A DNA stretch of 64,000 nucleotides, from positions 32,001-96,000 of the forward strand of contig JBCCHT010000004.1 of the NCBI GenBank assembly GCA_039028615.1. The letters are read 5' to 3'. The position numbers and the translations under genes are program-made. The stretch is from Myxococcota bacterium. GTDB taxonomy: Bacteria; Myxococcota_A; Polyangia; Nannocystales; Nannocystaceae. Under the pieces are notes generated by a model that did not search any database, was not told where the DNA came from, and was given only the letters and a program-made list of their open reading frames with translations. Of the stretch, positions 1 through 9,732 are shown one piece after another (within the stretch, counting starts at the first letter, position 1; every line of letters starts with the position of its first letter).

Positions 1-2
1 CC

Positions 3-1784
3 GCCCCGCGCCACACCAAGACCGACGAGCGCGGGGCGTTTCGCTTCGCCACCGTAGCCAAGCCCACCGCGGTGGTGGCCACGCTCCGCGATGCCGGCCA
101 GGATCCCCGCTTCACCCTCGTCGAGGCCGACGCCCCGATCGAGCTGCGCACGAAGGTCGATCCCAGCGGTGACTGCACGGTCAGCCTCGGCGCCGCCGAT
201 GGCCCGCCCGAGGCCGCCGCCCGGCTCGCGCTCTACCAGGGCTTGCGACGCGGCTTCGACCTCATCGACCGACTGGGCATCTCCAGCCGCACGCCGCTCA
301 CCGTCGTAGTGGCCGACCCCATCGCCTCGGCCGACGCCGCGTACTGGGTGGGAACCTCGAGCTTCAACCCCGAGGACACCGTGCCCGCCCGCATCGTCCT
401 GGGGCGCGACGCTTCGAGTGCGCTCGACCTCGGTGCCCCCGACAACCGCGAGTACCACGAGGTCGGTCACCATGCGCTGGCCTTGGCCTTCGGAGCCCTG
501 CCCCGCTCCCGCGACAACCTCGACGATGGCGGCTACCACCGCAATCCCTCCTCGACCCGAGCGTGGACCGAGGGCTTCGCGATCTTCTTCGCGGCGATGG
601 TCGCCCGCGAGATCGAGCAGCGCCCCGATGCCGGGCTCTATCGCGTCGCCGGAGGCACGCTCGACCTCGAGCTCGACTACCGCCCGTGGGACCTGGCCGG
701 CCTCGAATCGGTGGCCGTCGCGGGGCTGTTGTGGGACCTGGTCGATGGCGATGCGCCAGCCCTCGGTTCACCGCTGAAGGTCGACAACCTCGCGCTGCGT
801 GAAGACCCGAAGGCGGGGCACCTGCTCATTGGGCGGGTCCACAACCCTTCGTCCGAGACGGCGACGAGGCCCCGGGTGCAAGTCGAGACTCCGCAGTGGC
901 GCGGCAGCGCGCCCGTGGCCGCGGCCCGACTCGAGCCGGACGCCGAAGCCTGGTTTGCGATGCCACTACCGACGGCCGTCGCCACGCTCGACGATCCGCT
1001 CGCCGCCATCGAAGCCCGCGCCACACCCAGGCCCGCCCACAGCGACGACGATCCCGTGCAGCTGAAGCTCGACGAGCTGTGGCCGGCCATCACTCAGCTA
1101 CGAAGCGAACGACCCGAGAGCAACGGCCGACTGCACGACGTCTCCGACCTGCACCACGCTCTCCGTGGCCGCTTCGGAGGCAAGGATCGCGATGGCGACG
1201 GCGTCGACGACATCGACCAATTGTTCATCGCGCACGGCCTATTCGCCGACCTCGATGGCAACCGAGCCCACGATGCGGGCGAGGCCGTCGGTCTGACATC
1301 CCACCCTGGCGCCAAGGTAACCGTTGACGGTACATCCACCGCTCGGCCCGATCTGATTCCACGGCATCGGCTCTCGCTGCCCGCGTCACTCACCGCTCGA
1401 CTCGAAGTCGAACCGTCCGATGCAGCGATCGTGGTGGTCGACTCGATGTCGAGCTGGGGGGGTTACCTGACCCCGCCCTCGCGGGACGGTGTGGTCTTGA
1501 TCCCCCCGCCTGCTATTGAACGATCCAGTGTCTCGGTGATCGCCATTGCACCCGAGCGCGAACCAACGGTGTTGTTGCACTTCGAAGCCTCGGCGCTATT
1601 GAACGAGCTCGAACGAAATACCACGCCGTTTCTCTCCGCCACCGCGACGTTGCCTGCGTTCAAGGGCGATCGAACGAGTGTCGCGGGCTCTCCGCAATGG
1701 CCCCAGTGGACGTTCATCGGCGGCGCCATTGCGATGGTGCTGGGCTTGTTGTTCGTGGCCATCGGTTGGCCTCGACCGCGCTGA
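3..1784 (+). CDS. Membrane-anchored putative zinc metallopeptidase-domain protein (5' partial)
   Basis: Frame is open from the window edge (...TKTDERGAFRF...). Contains YHEVGHH (HExxH) with a downstream WTEGFA Glu (gluzincin-like), Ca-binding-like DRDGDGVDD and DLDGN loops, and a C-terminal hydrophobic helix followed by RPR. Confidence 0.6.
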   Translation, partial: APRHTKTDERGAFRFATVAKPTAVVATLRDAGQDPRFTLVEADAPIELRTKVDPSGDCTVSLGAADGPPEAAARLALYQGLRRGFDLIDRLGISSRTPLTVVVADPIASADAAYWVGTSSFNPEDTVPARIVLGRDASSALDLGAPDNREYHEVGHHALALAFGALPRSRDNLDDGGYHRNPSSTRAWTEGFAIFFAAMVAREIEQRPDAGLYRVAGGTLDLELDYRPWDLAGLESVAVAGLLWDLVDGDAPALGSPLKVDNLALREDPKAGHLLIGRVHNPSSETATRPRVQVETPQWRGSAPVAAARLEPDAEAWFAMPLPTAVATLDDPLAAIEARATPRPAHSDDDPVQLKLDELWPAITQLRSERPESNGRLHDVSDLHHALRGRFGGKDRDGDGVDDIDQLFIAHGLFADLDGNRAHDAGEAVGLTSHPGAKVTVDGTSTARPDLIPRHRLSLPASLTARLEVEPSDAAIVVVDSMSSWGGYLTPPSRDGVVLIPPPAIERSSVSVIAIAPEREPTVLLHFEASALLNELERNTTPFLSATATLPAFKGDRTSVAGSPQWPQWTFIGGAIAMVLGLLFVAIGWPRPR

Positions 1785-1905
1785 CGCGTGCCCGTTCTTT
1801 GGTCGAATTTCGACGATGGAAATCCTATCGTCGCACCATGTAGACGTTGGAAGGGGCAGATCGTGGATTCATCCGCGAGGGTTCCCCTTGCCAGTGAGCA
1901 CGATC

Positions 1906-3411
1906 ATGTCCCTACGTACGAAAGTCCCGACCGTCCTCGCGCTCCTTCCCCTTGCCTGCGGCAACCCCGATGGAGGGGAAGTGGCGACCTCCAGCCCGCC
2001 TCTGGACACTCTGGACCCGGTTGCGACCGACGAAGCCGGGGCCGAGTCGGGTCCGACGGCGGGCGGCGAGACGGTGGGTGGCAACGACGGCACGTCCATG
2101 ACGATGACCGCGGGCGAGACCGAGGACCAGGAAGACGAGACCAACGGCGGCGATGGTCCGATCTTCGACGTCGGCTCCGTCAACGACGTGGGCGACAACA
2201 ACGGCTGCGGCTCGCAGCCTCCCACCAACTCCACGCTCAGCGGCCGCGTGTGGGCGCCCAACGGCGAAATCCCCATCAGCAACGCGCTGGTCTACACGAC
2301 CACAACGGAGCCGACCGGCATCCCGCAGGGCGTGTATTGCGACGAGTGCCAGCAGATCGACTGCAGCAACTTCTTCACCTTCACCGATGTCGACGGCACC
2401 TTCGAGCTCGACACGCAGTCGGGTGATGCCCGCTACCTGGTCGTGCAAAAGGGCCAGTTCATGCGGGTCACCCAGATCGACATCGCCGAGGGCAGCAGCA
2501 TGCTGCCTGTCCCTCAGACCACTCTGCCCGGCGAGAACAACCCGGCCCAGGGCGAGTACATCCCGCTCATCGCGGTGGGCTACGGCAGCTACGACCGCAT
2601 CGAAGACGCGCTCGGAAAATTCGGCGTCGGTCAGACCAGCATCACCGGCTTCGAGGAGAACCTCGTGCCTGGTTCCGAGCCCTTCGACATCTGGGACAAC
2701 GGCGGCGGGCCGGCCTTCGACGGCTTCACCTCGCAGGGCACCCTGGCCCAGCTCGTGGCCGACCCGGCGCGGATGGACGACTACCACATCATCTTCGTCC
2801 CCTGCTCCACCGACGACTTCATCAACTCGCTCACGCCGGCCAACATCGCCAACATCCAAAACTGGGTCGCGGCCGGCGGGCGCTGGTACGTCGCCGACTG
2901 GGCCAACGAGTGGATGGAGCACGTGTTCCCCGACTACCAGACGCTCGACGGAGAGCCGAACGCCGCCGACGGCAGCGCGTACGACTCCGACGCCACCGTG
3001 CTCGACATGGACTTGCTCGACTGGCTGATGGCCCTGCCCGCCGATCTCAAGGACATCAACCCGCTCAACGACGAGTCCCACCCCACGCTCAACGACCTGC
3101 CCGCGTTCGTCACCACCGTGGACAACTGGTCGGTCATCGAGCAGGTCAACCCGGTGCTCGTCGACGACGGCATGGGCGGCATGGAAGACGTGGGCCACAA
3201 GGTATGGCTCGAGGGGCCCGGCAGCGGCTTCCCCGTGCACCCGCTGACCGTCTCCGGCGTCTACGGCTGCGGCCGCATCCAGTTCACCAGCTACCACGCG
3301 GCCGAGTTCTTCGACTACGTGGGACTGTCGCCGCAGGAGCTGGTGCTGCTGTACACGATCCTCGAGATCGGCGTCTGCCAGGAAAACCCGCTGCCTCCGC
3401 CGCAGGGCTGA
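1906..3411 (+). CDS. Myxobacterial lipoprotein with carboxypeptidase-regulatory-like domain
   Basis: MSLRTK...LLPLAC lipobox, acidic T/G/D/E linker, then GRVWAPNG..PISNALVY...TDVDGTFEL...KGQF; strongly GC3-biased codons. Confidence 0.7.
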   Translation: MSLRTKVPTVLALLPLACGNPDGGEVATSSPPLDTLDPVATDEAGAESGPTAGGETVGGNDGTSMTMTAGETEDQEDETNGGDGPIFDVGSVNDVGDNNGCGSQPPTNSTLSGRVWAPNGEIPISNALVYTTTTEPTGIPQGVYCDECQQIDCSNFFTFTDVDGTFELDTQSGDARYLVVQKGQFMRVTQIDIAEGSSMLPVPQTTLPGENNPAQGEYIPLIAVGYGSYDRIEDALGKFGVGQTSITGFEENLVPGSEPFDIWDNGGGPAFDGFTSQGTLAQLVADPARMDDYHIIFVPCSTDDFINSLTPANIANIQNWVAAGGRWYVADWANEWMEHVFPDYQTLDGEPNAADGSAYDSDATVLDMDLLDWLMALPADLKDINPLNDESHPTLNDLPAFVTTVDNWSVIEQVNPVLVDDGMGGMEDVGHKVWLEGPGSGFPVHPLTVSGVYGCGRIQFTSYHAAEFFDYVGLSPQELVLLYTILEIGVCQENPLPPPQG

Positions 3412-3434
3412 AGGCCACCCGGCTCATCGCTCGT

Positions 3435-3462
3435 CGAGACCCCGCCCTTCGGCGGGGTCTCG
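3435..3462. terminator. Hairpin between convergent genes (probable bidirectional terminator)
   Basis: Perfect 12-bp stem CGAGACCCCGCC-cttc-GGCGGGGTCTCG. Confidence 0.65.
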
Positions 3463-3466
3463 TCGT

Positions 3467-4336
3467 TCAGGGGGCCTTGCCGCCGAGCCACTCCACCCGC
3501 AGCGGGCAGTGGTCGGACACCACGTGGAAATCCTCGAGAGGCTCGCTCGCCAGGCGCCCCTCGCCGCCCGTCAGCTCGGCCATGCCCAGCGCCCGCACCG
3601 GGCCGTCGGGCGGCTCGCTGAGCAGGATGTGGTCGAGCATGGAGGGCACGTAGTCTCGCGTGCGCCGGTTGGGTCGCCAGTACGCGGTGCAGGTGACCCC
3701 GGCCGTGGCCAGGTGCATGTTGGCCGCCGCGACCATGCGCTGGATGTGCTCTCGCTCGTGGCGATCGTTGTCGAGGTAGCCCGTGCTGTTGAAATCACCC
3801 GCCACCGCCAGCGGGATGTGAAGCTCGGCTCGCAGCCGCTCGATGGACGCCACCAGGTGGTCCCACTGATCGCGGCGAGCCCGGTGCATCCAGCGACGAC
3901 CACCGTACTGCAGGTGAACCGACATCGCGGCGACGCGCGAGCCGTCGGTCGCCTCGAGCACCGCCAACAACGCGGGCGGGTGTCCGTCTCGACAGGAGCA
4001 GCGCGCCTCGGGGTCGAGCACCGCCTGCACCCGGGACTCGACCAGCGAGTAGCGCTTGCGATCGTGCACGACGCCCAGCTGCAGATCGCTGGTGCTGCAC
4101 ATCGGCCCCAGGCTCACCACGTAGTCGCGACCGCACAGCGCCGACGCTTCGGCCAGCACCGCGTCGAATGCCTCGGTGCCGCGAATCTCTTGAACCATGA
4201 ACAGGTCCACGTCGAGCTCGGCGATGCGCCGGGCGACGGCCGACGGCTCGGTGCCCCGGTCGGGGAAGAGCCGAATGTTGAATGTGCCGAGGCTCGGCAA
4301 CGGCGAAGCCTTGCAAGAGCGGACCGGTTCGCGCAA
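3467..4336 (-). CDS. Endonuclease/exonuclease/phosphatase (EEP) family protein
   Basis: Motifs GTFNI, VQEI, GDFN, LDHIL and SDHCP in the expected order. Confidence 0.85.
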   Translation of the reverse strand: MREPVRSCKASPLPSLGTFNIRLFPDRGTEPSAVARRIAELDVDLFMVQEIRGTEAFDAVLAEASALCGRDYVVSLGPMCSTSDLQLGVVHDRKRYSLVESRVQAVLDPEARCSCRDGHPPALLAVLEATDGSRVAAMSVHLQYGGRRWMHRARRDQWDHLVASIERLRAELHIPLAVAGDFNSTGYLDNDRHEREHIQRMVAAANMHLATAGVTCTAYWRPNRRTRDYVPSMLDHILLSEPPDGPVRALGMAELTGGEGRLASEPLEDFHVVSDHCPLRVEWLGGKAP

Positions 4337-4374
4337 CTTGACGTGAGGGCCGCCCTCGATGATAAGCTGAACAC

Positions 4375-4845
4375 ATGAACAGCATCACCCCCGGGCGGGA
4401 TCCGGTCTCGGAGCCCATCGCCGCGCTGCTCGATGTGTACGGACAGCACGCCAAAGCGCTGTGTTTCCCCGATATCGACCATTCCACCCTCGACGCCAAC
4501 GCCAAGAGCCTCCGTGAGGCCGCGGCCGAGGTCGAACGCTGCGAGCTGGCTCTCGCCACGGCGCGCCGCGCCCTCGACGAGCACCGCCAGGGCCTGGAAG
4601 CCCGGGCTACGCGCGCCCTGGCCTACGCCCGCATCTACGCCCAGGACGATCCCGAGCTGCAACAGAGCCTCGGCACCATCGAGCTGTCCCCCCGGCGTCC
4701 GACCGCCCGACGCACCAACAAGAAGAACGGATCGAAGGCTCCACGGGCGCGCCGGAGCAAGGCGGCGAAGGCCGGCGACTCGGTGACCGAGCTGCCCTTC
4801 GCCGCCGACGAAGCGGGCGAAGTTCCGCAGGCCGACGTGGCCTGA
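4375..4845 (+). CDS. Hypothetical protein (helical, basic C-terminal tail)
   Basis: ATG start, typical codon usage, divergent from the EEP gene; no family motif recognised. Confidence 0.65.
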   Translation: MNSITPGRDPVSEPIAALLDVYGQHAKALCFPDIDHSTLDANAKSLREAAAEVERCELALATARRALDEHRQGLEARATRALAYARIYAQDDPELQQSLGTIELSPRRPTARRTNKKNGSKAPRARRSKAAKAGDSVTELPFAADEAGEVPQADVA

Positions 4846-5102
4846 AGCCGCGCGACGTCCCGTGCCCGCCGCATCGCTCGTGGTCCGAGGACCACGGGCC
4901 GAGGGGCACGTGGTCGCGCGCACCGAGGCGACGTTCGATCGACGCCCGGGTTGCATCCAGACGACGCCAGCGCACGGTCTGTTTTTTTTCGTTCGCCCCT
5001 CGAAAAAAATTCGCGACCGGCATTGGGGTCCCGCGTCATGGGATCGAAGACGGGAGGCCAACACCACCACCTCCCTCCCGCCCAACACGAGGACCCCCAA
5101 CG

Positions 5103-5576
5103 ATGAACACCCTCAAGATCTGGATGCTCGGCCTTTGCATTGCTTCCGTGGGCATGGCCCCCGGCTGCGTCGTGATCGACGACGACGACAGCGGCGACGA
5201 CGGTGCCGGCGACGAGACGATGGGCAACGGCGACGACGGCAACGGCGACGACGGCAACAACGGCGACGGTAATGCCGACGACGGCAACGCGGACGACGGC
5301 AACGCCGATGACGGCAACGCGGACGACGGCAATGCCGACGACGGCAACGCGGACGATGGCAACGACGATAGCGGTGCCCAGTGCTCCGAGACCGGCTCCG
5401 GCTGTGCCGTCAACGGCGACTGCTGTGGCTTCGACGACGGTGAGGCCAGCTGCATCGATACCGGCTCCGGCTTCGTCTGTGCCGCCCTGTGCGAGTTCAA
5501 CGAGGATTGCGCCAGCGGCTGCTGTGCGGCGCTCGAGAGCGGCGGGGGTGCATGCGCCCCCCAAGAGTTCTGCTAG
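5103..5576 (+). CDS. Small lipoprotein with GNADD repeats and Cys-rich C-terminal module
   Basis: Signal peptide ending MAPGC, Asp-rich pentapeptide repeats, and Cys-rich tail (CSETGSGCAVNGDCC...CASGCC...C). Confidence 0.8.
   Translation: MNTLKIWMLGLCIASVGMAPGCVVIDDDDSGDDGAGDETMGNGDDGNGDDGNNGDGNADDGNADDGNADDGNADDGNADDGNADDGNDDSGAQCSETGSGCAVNGDCCGFDDGEASCIDTGSGFVCAALCEFNEDCASGCCAALESGGGACAPQEFC
5223..5369 (+). repeat. Coding 15-bp tandem repeat (GGCAACGCGGACGAC-like), 9 units plus a partial
   Basis: Encodes GNGDD x2, GNNGD, GNADD x6, GNDD. Confidence 0.9.
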
Positions 5577-6526
5577 CCGCTCGCGCTCGTCGACGCTTCG
5601 CCATCACGCTCGACCAAGAACCGCTCGATGCTCAGATCCAGGCGACTGGCGATGAGCCCCATGAGCTGGTCGAACTCTCCACGCCCCATCCGAAGGCGCG
5701 CCTGTAGGCCGCGTCGGGTGGCGGTGAGCAGCTCCTGCCGCGTCTTGGCGATGCGTCGGGCCGCGCTCGATCGATGGACCTCCAGCAGCCCTCCCAGCTC
5801 GTCGATGGTCAGACCATGCAAGTAGTGGAGCCGCAGGAGGTTGCGTTGGGCCGGCTCCAGGTGGGTGAGCGCGTCGCGAAACGACTCGGCGAACTGCGCC
5901 CGGTACTGCTGCTTCAGCGCCCCGAGCTCGGGCCCGGTCGCCGAGGCCTCGATGGCCATGAGCGCTTCGTCGGAGACCAACGCTTGGCGTCGCTGCGCGC
6001 GGACCGAACTGAGCGCCTCGCGGACCGCCACCACGCGAACCCAGCCCTGCAGCGGACCCTGGCCGCCGTAGTGGGCGATCTTCGGCAGCTCGTCGCCCTC
6101 GGCCACGAGCAGCTTGGTGCGGACGCGTTGCTTGACCTCGTCCACGAAGGACGCCGAGGCATCCACCTTGCCGATCGCCGGCCCCAGCGGGGCCATGTGC
6201 TCGCGTTCGAAACGCTCGAGCGCCGCCGCATCGCCGCGCCGACAACAAAACGCCAGGTACGAGTCCGCCGCGTGCATGTGCGAGACCACCGACGGCAGCG
6301 CCTCGTCGGCGCTGTCCTCGGGCACACAGCGGGCGAGCTCGGGCCAGAACGCATCGAGCTTCGGCGACGCCTTGGGCCACGCCGACGCGATCGAGACCGC
6401 GACCTCGTCGAGGACCCGCGCCAGAGCCTCGCGCGTCGCGGGGCTGGGATCGCCGAGCCACGCCGCCAAGAAGCGGTCGACGGGGCGGGTCCCCTCGGCC
6501 TGCGGTGCGTCGGTCTCGGAGCGCAT
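5573..6526 (-). CDS. Sigma-70/ECF-type RNA polymerase sigma factor, Myxococcales kinase-associated type
   Basis: HAADSYLAFCCRRGDAAALERFE, region-2-like YGGQGPLQGWVRVVAVR, region-4 HTH LHYLHGLTIDELGGLLEVHRSSAARRI; divergent from a Ser/Thr kinase. Confidence 0.8.
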   Translation of the reverse strand: MRSETDAPQAEGTRPVDRFLAAWLGDPSPATREALARVLDEVAVSIASAWPKASPKLDAFWPELARCVPEDSADEALPSVVSHMHAADSYLAFCCRRGDAAALERFEREHMAPLGPAIGKVDASASFVDEVKQRVRTKLLVAEGDELPKIAHYGGQGPLQGWVRVVAVREALSSVRAQRRQALVSDEALMAIEASATGPELGALKQQYRAQFAESFRDALTHLEPAQRNLLRLHYLHGLTIDELGGLLEVHRSSAARRIAKTRQELLTATRRGLQARLRMGRGEFDQLMGLIASRLDLSIERFLVERDGEASTSASG

Positions 6527-6572
6527 GGACAACACGGCTATCATAGTGCGGCGCCGTTCGAGGCACGGACCC

Positions 6573-9500
6573 ATGAGTGACTCGCCCCCGGAGCTGTCGG
6601 AAGAGCGTATTGCCGCGTATCTGCGCGGGGAGCTGTCCGCACAGGCCCGGCGGGACGTCGAGGCCGCCCTCGACCGGGAGCCGCAGTGGCTGGCCGTGGT
6701 GGCCATGCTCGCCCGCGGCGAAGCGCGAGACGGGCCCACGCCTCCGCCCTCCAGCGAAGACGACGATGCCTCGCTGGTCGAGCGCCTCGAGCGAGAACAC
6801 GAGGCCCGCATCCGCCCCGGCATGCGGCTGGGTCGCTACGAGGTCGAGCAGCCGCTCGGGCGCGGCGGCATGGGAGTCGTGGTCGCGGCGCATGACCCCG
6901 AGCTGGGGCGTCGCGTCGCCTTGAAGCTGCTGCACGGCACCAACGAGCGCGAGCAAGCCCGACTGCTCCGCGAGGCCCGGGCGCTGGCGCAGCTCAACGA
7001 TCGGCACGTGATCACCGTCAACGACGTGGGCACGGTGGACGGTCGAGTGTTCATCGCCATGGAGCTGCTCGAGGGCCAGACGCTGCTGCAGTGGTGCCGC
7101 GAAGGGCCGCGGCCGTGGTCGCAGGTACTCGCCGCCTTCGTCGACGCCGGACGGGGGCTGGCCGCGGCCCATACCGCGGGGTTGGTGCACCGCGACTTCA
7201 AGCCCGCCAACGTGATGATGACCGACGACGGTCGCGTGGTCGTGCTGGACTTCGGGCTCGCCCGCGAGTTCGAACAGAGCCCCTCCGAGCCGCAGCCCGA
7301 AGGGCAAGCCGACCGCACCGACGACCCGGAGACCGCCGACTTGACCCGGACCGGCCAACGCCTCGGGACTCCTGCCTATATGGCCCCCGAGCAGCGTAAG
7401 GGGCTTCGCTGCGGGCCCGCCACCGACCAGTTCAGCTACTGCGTGGCGCTGTGGGAGGCGCTGTTCGGGTGCCTACCCGAGCAGGCGGCCCACCCCGGAC
7501 GAAGTGCGAGCTTCGACGCCGCCGCGGGCCCAGTCCCGAGCCGCCTGCGACGACTCCTGACCCGCGGCCTCGCGGAGGACCCCGACCAGCGTCACCCCCA
7601 GCTGTCCGGGTTGGTGGACGAGCTCCACGCCCTGCTGCGGCCGCGGGCCCAGTGGTGGGCTCCGGTGACCGTGGCCGCACTGAGCGGGGCCGCGGTGGCC
7701 CTGGCCCTGGTGAGCTCCGAGCCGCCGCCCTGCACCGGGTCCGCACAACGATGGGCCGAGAGCTTCGACGAGACGAAGGCCGCCGCCGTGGCCTCTGCGC
7801 TGTCCAAGCCCGACATCCCCTGGACAGAGCGCGTGCGCGACGACGTGGGGGCGCGGCTGAACACCTACGGCCAATCCTGGGTCGCGGAGCACCGCGCCGC
7901 CTGTCGAGCGACCCGCATCGAGGGCAGCGATTCCGAAGCCGTCCTCGACCTGCGCATGCTCTGCCTCGATCGACGCCGTCGCGCGTTTGGAGCCCTGGTC
8001 GAAGTGTTGACCGACGCCGACGTCGAGGCCGCCGCGCAAGCCGTGCAAGCCGTCGACGCCCTCGCCCCCGTGTCCGATTGTCGCAACGTCGAGCGGCTGC
8101 AGGCGGCCGTTCCCCTCCCCTCCGGCGACGACCCTCGAGCGGAAGCAGCCGAGATTTTCGATCGCATCGGTCGCGTCGAGGCGCTGCGTCGGGCCCGTCG
8201 CTACGACGACGCGGCCGCCCTCGCCGAGGCCACGGTGCAGCGAGCCGTCGCGCTGGCTCACCCTCCGACGGAGGCCGATGCCCGGCTCGTGTGGGCTTGG
8301 GTGCTCACCGACCAAGGCCACCACGAACGCGCCGAGACCGAGCTGCGACGAGCCCTCGACGCAGCCGAGACCGGGCAACACGACGAAGCCGTGGCCATCG
8401 CGTGGAACCGGCTGGCGTGGGTCGTGGGCTATCGGCGGGCGCAATTCGACGAAGGGCGACGGCTCGCCGAGCATGCGCGGGCCTGGAATGCGCGCCTGGG
8501 CGACGCCCCCCTGCACGAGCTGTCGCGGCTGCGGGCGCTGGGGTGGATCGAGCACGACGCGGGCAACACCGAGCAGGCGATCCAGCACTTCGAACACGCC
8601 CGGGACATCGCCCAGACCTTGCCCCCCGACGATCCGGTGAGCCTCCACGAGCTGGGCATCGTGCTCAACGGGCTGGGGGCGGCCGCGCTCGTGGCCGGCA
8701 AGCTCCCCGAGGCCACCGAGTACTTCACGCTCGCCGCCGAGCAGCTCGAGGAGGTGCTCGGCCCCGAGCACCCCGACGTCGCCAAGGTCCGCAACAACGT
8801 CGCGTCCTTGCTGCGCAGTCAGGGCCAGGCCGAACGCGCTCATCGCCTGCTGGTGCACAACCTCGAGATCTTCGAGACCACCTTCGGGCCCGGCTATGTG
8901 CTGGTCGGACAGACCGCCATCAACCTCGCGGTCATCGAGCTCGACCTCGGCCGTTTCGATGCCGCCGAGGCCCACGCCGAGCAAGCGCTCGCCGTGCTGA
9001 CCGAAGCGATGGGCGCCGAACATCCCATGGTGAGCAAGGCCCTCACCACCCGCGGTGACGCCCGGGTCCAGCTCGGGCGCCCGCTCCAAGGCATCGCCGA
9101 CTTCGAACGGGCCCGGGCGCTGGAGGTCGAAGCCCTCGGCCCCGAGCACCCCAGCATCGGCATCATCGAGTCCAACCTGGGCAGCGCCTACTACGACCTC
9201 GATCGCCACGAGGACGCAGCGCGCCACCACCTTCGTGCGCTGGAGATCCTCAGGGCCGCGCTGGGCCCCGAGCACCCCAACCTGGCCCTCGTATTCATCG
9301 GCCTCGGGCTCACCCATCGGGCCCGCGGCCAGCACTCCGAAGCGCTCGCCCGCTTCCGGGAGGCCGAGACCCTGGCCAGCCCCTCCGCGCTGCCCAACGC
9401 GCTCACCCGCATCGGCGAGAGCCTCGTGGACGCGGGACAGGGCGCCCTCGCAGTGAAGGAGCTCGACCGCGCCCTCGCCCTGCAGACGGACCAGCAAGCC

Positions 9501-9683
9501 GACCCGGGATTCATGGCCGATACCCACTTCGCCCTCGCTCGTGCCCACTGGCTCCTCGGCACCGATCGCGTCGGCGCCCGGGCCCAAGCCCAGCAAGCGC
9601 TCCAGATCTACGAGGACGACAACGAGGCCGACCCCGCGGCACGCGTCCGAGCGTGGCTCGCCGAGCACCCCATCAGCGACTGA
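6573..9683 (+). CDS. Ser/Thr protein kinase with N-terminal anti-sigma-like helix pair, TM segment and TPR repeats
   Basis: LGRGGMGVV, VALK, HRDFKPAN, DFG, GTPAYMAPE; TM WWAPVTVAALSGAAVALALV; repeated LGPEHP TPR units. Confidence 0.9.
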   Translation: MSDSPPELSEERIAAYLRGELSAQARRDVEAALDREPQWLAVVAMLARGEARDGPTPPPSSEDDDASLVERLEREHEARIRPGMRLGRYEVEQPLGRGGMGVVVAAHDPELGRRVALKLLHGTNEREQARLLREARALAQLNDRHVITVNDVGTVDGRVFIAMELLEGQTLLQWCREGPRPWSQVLAAFVDAGRGLAAAHTAGLVHRDFKPANVMMTDDGRVVVLDFGLAREFEQSPSEPQPEGQADRTDDPETADLTRTGQRLGTPAYMAPEQRKGLRCGPATDQFSYCVALWEALFGCLPEQAAHPGRSASFDAAAGPVPSRLRRLLTRGLAEDPDQRHPQLSGLVDELHALLRPRAQWWAPVTVAALSGAAVALALVSSEPPPCTGSAQRWAESFDETKAAAVASALSKPDIPWTERVRDDVGARLNTYGQSWVAEHRAACRATRIEGSDSEAVLDLRMLCLDRRRRAFGALVEVLTDADVEAAAQAVQAVDALAPVSDCRNVERLQAAVPLPSGDDPRAEAAEIFDRIGRVEALRRARRYDDAAALAEATVQRAVALAHPPTEADARLVWAWVLTDQGHHERAETELRRALDAAETGQHDEAVAIAWNRLAWVVGYRRAQFDEGRRLAEHARAWNARLGDAPLHELSRLRALGWIEHDAGNTEQAIQHFEHARDIAQTLPPDDPVSLHELGIVLNGLGAAALVAGKLPEATEYFTLAAEQLEEVLGPEHPDVAKVRNNVASLLRSQGQAERAHRLLVHNLEIFETTFGPGYVLVGQTAINLAVIELDLGRFDAAEAHAEQALAVLTEAMGAEHPMVSKALTTRGDARVQLGRPLQGIADFERARALEVEALGPEHPSIGIIESNLGSAYYDLDRHEDAARHHLRALEILRAALGPEHPNLALVFIGLGLTHRARGQHSEALARFREAETLASPSALPNALTRIGESLVDAGQGALAVKELDRALALQTDQQADPGFMADTHFALARAHWLLGTDRVGARAQAQQALQIYEDDNEADPAARVRAWLAEHPISD

Positions 9684-9732
9684 GTTTCGGTGATTGTCGA
9701 GGGGCCGCCCCAAGTGGGATCATGGCTCCGGG

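Noticed and set aside
5223..5369. Non-coding repeat or ice-nucleation-like element
   Set aside because: Fully explained as an in-frame Asp/Gly/Asn linker of a lipoprotein.
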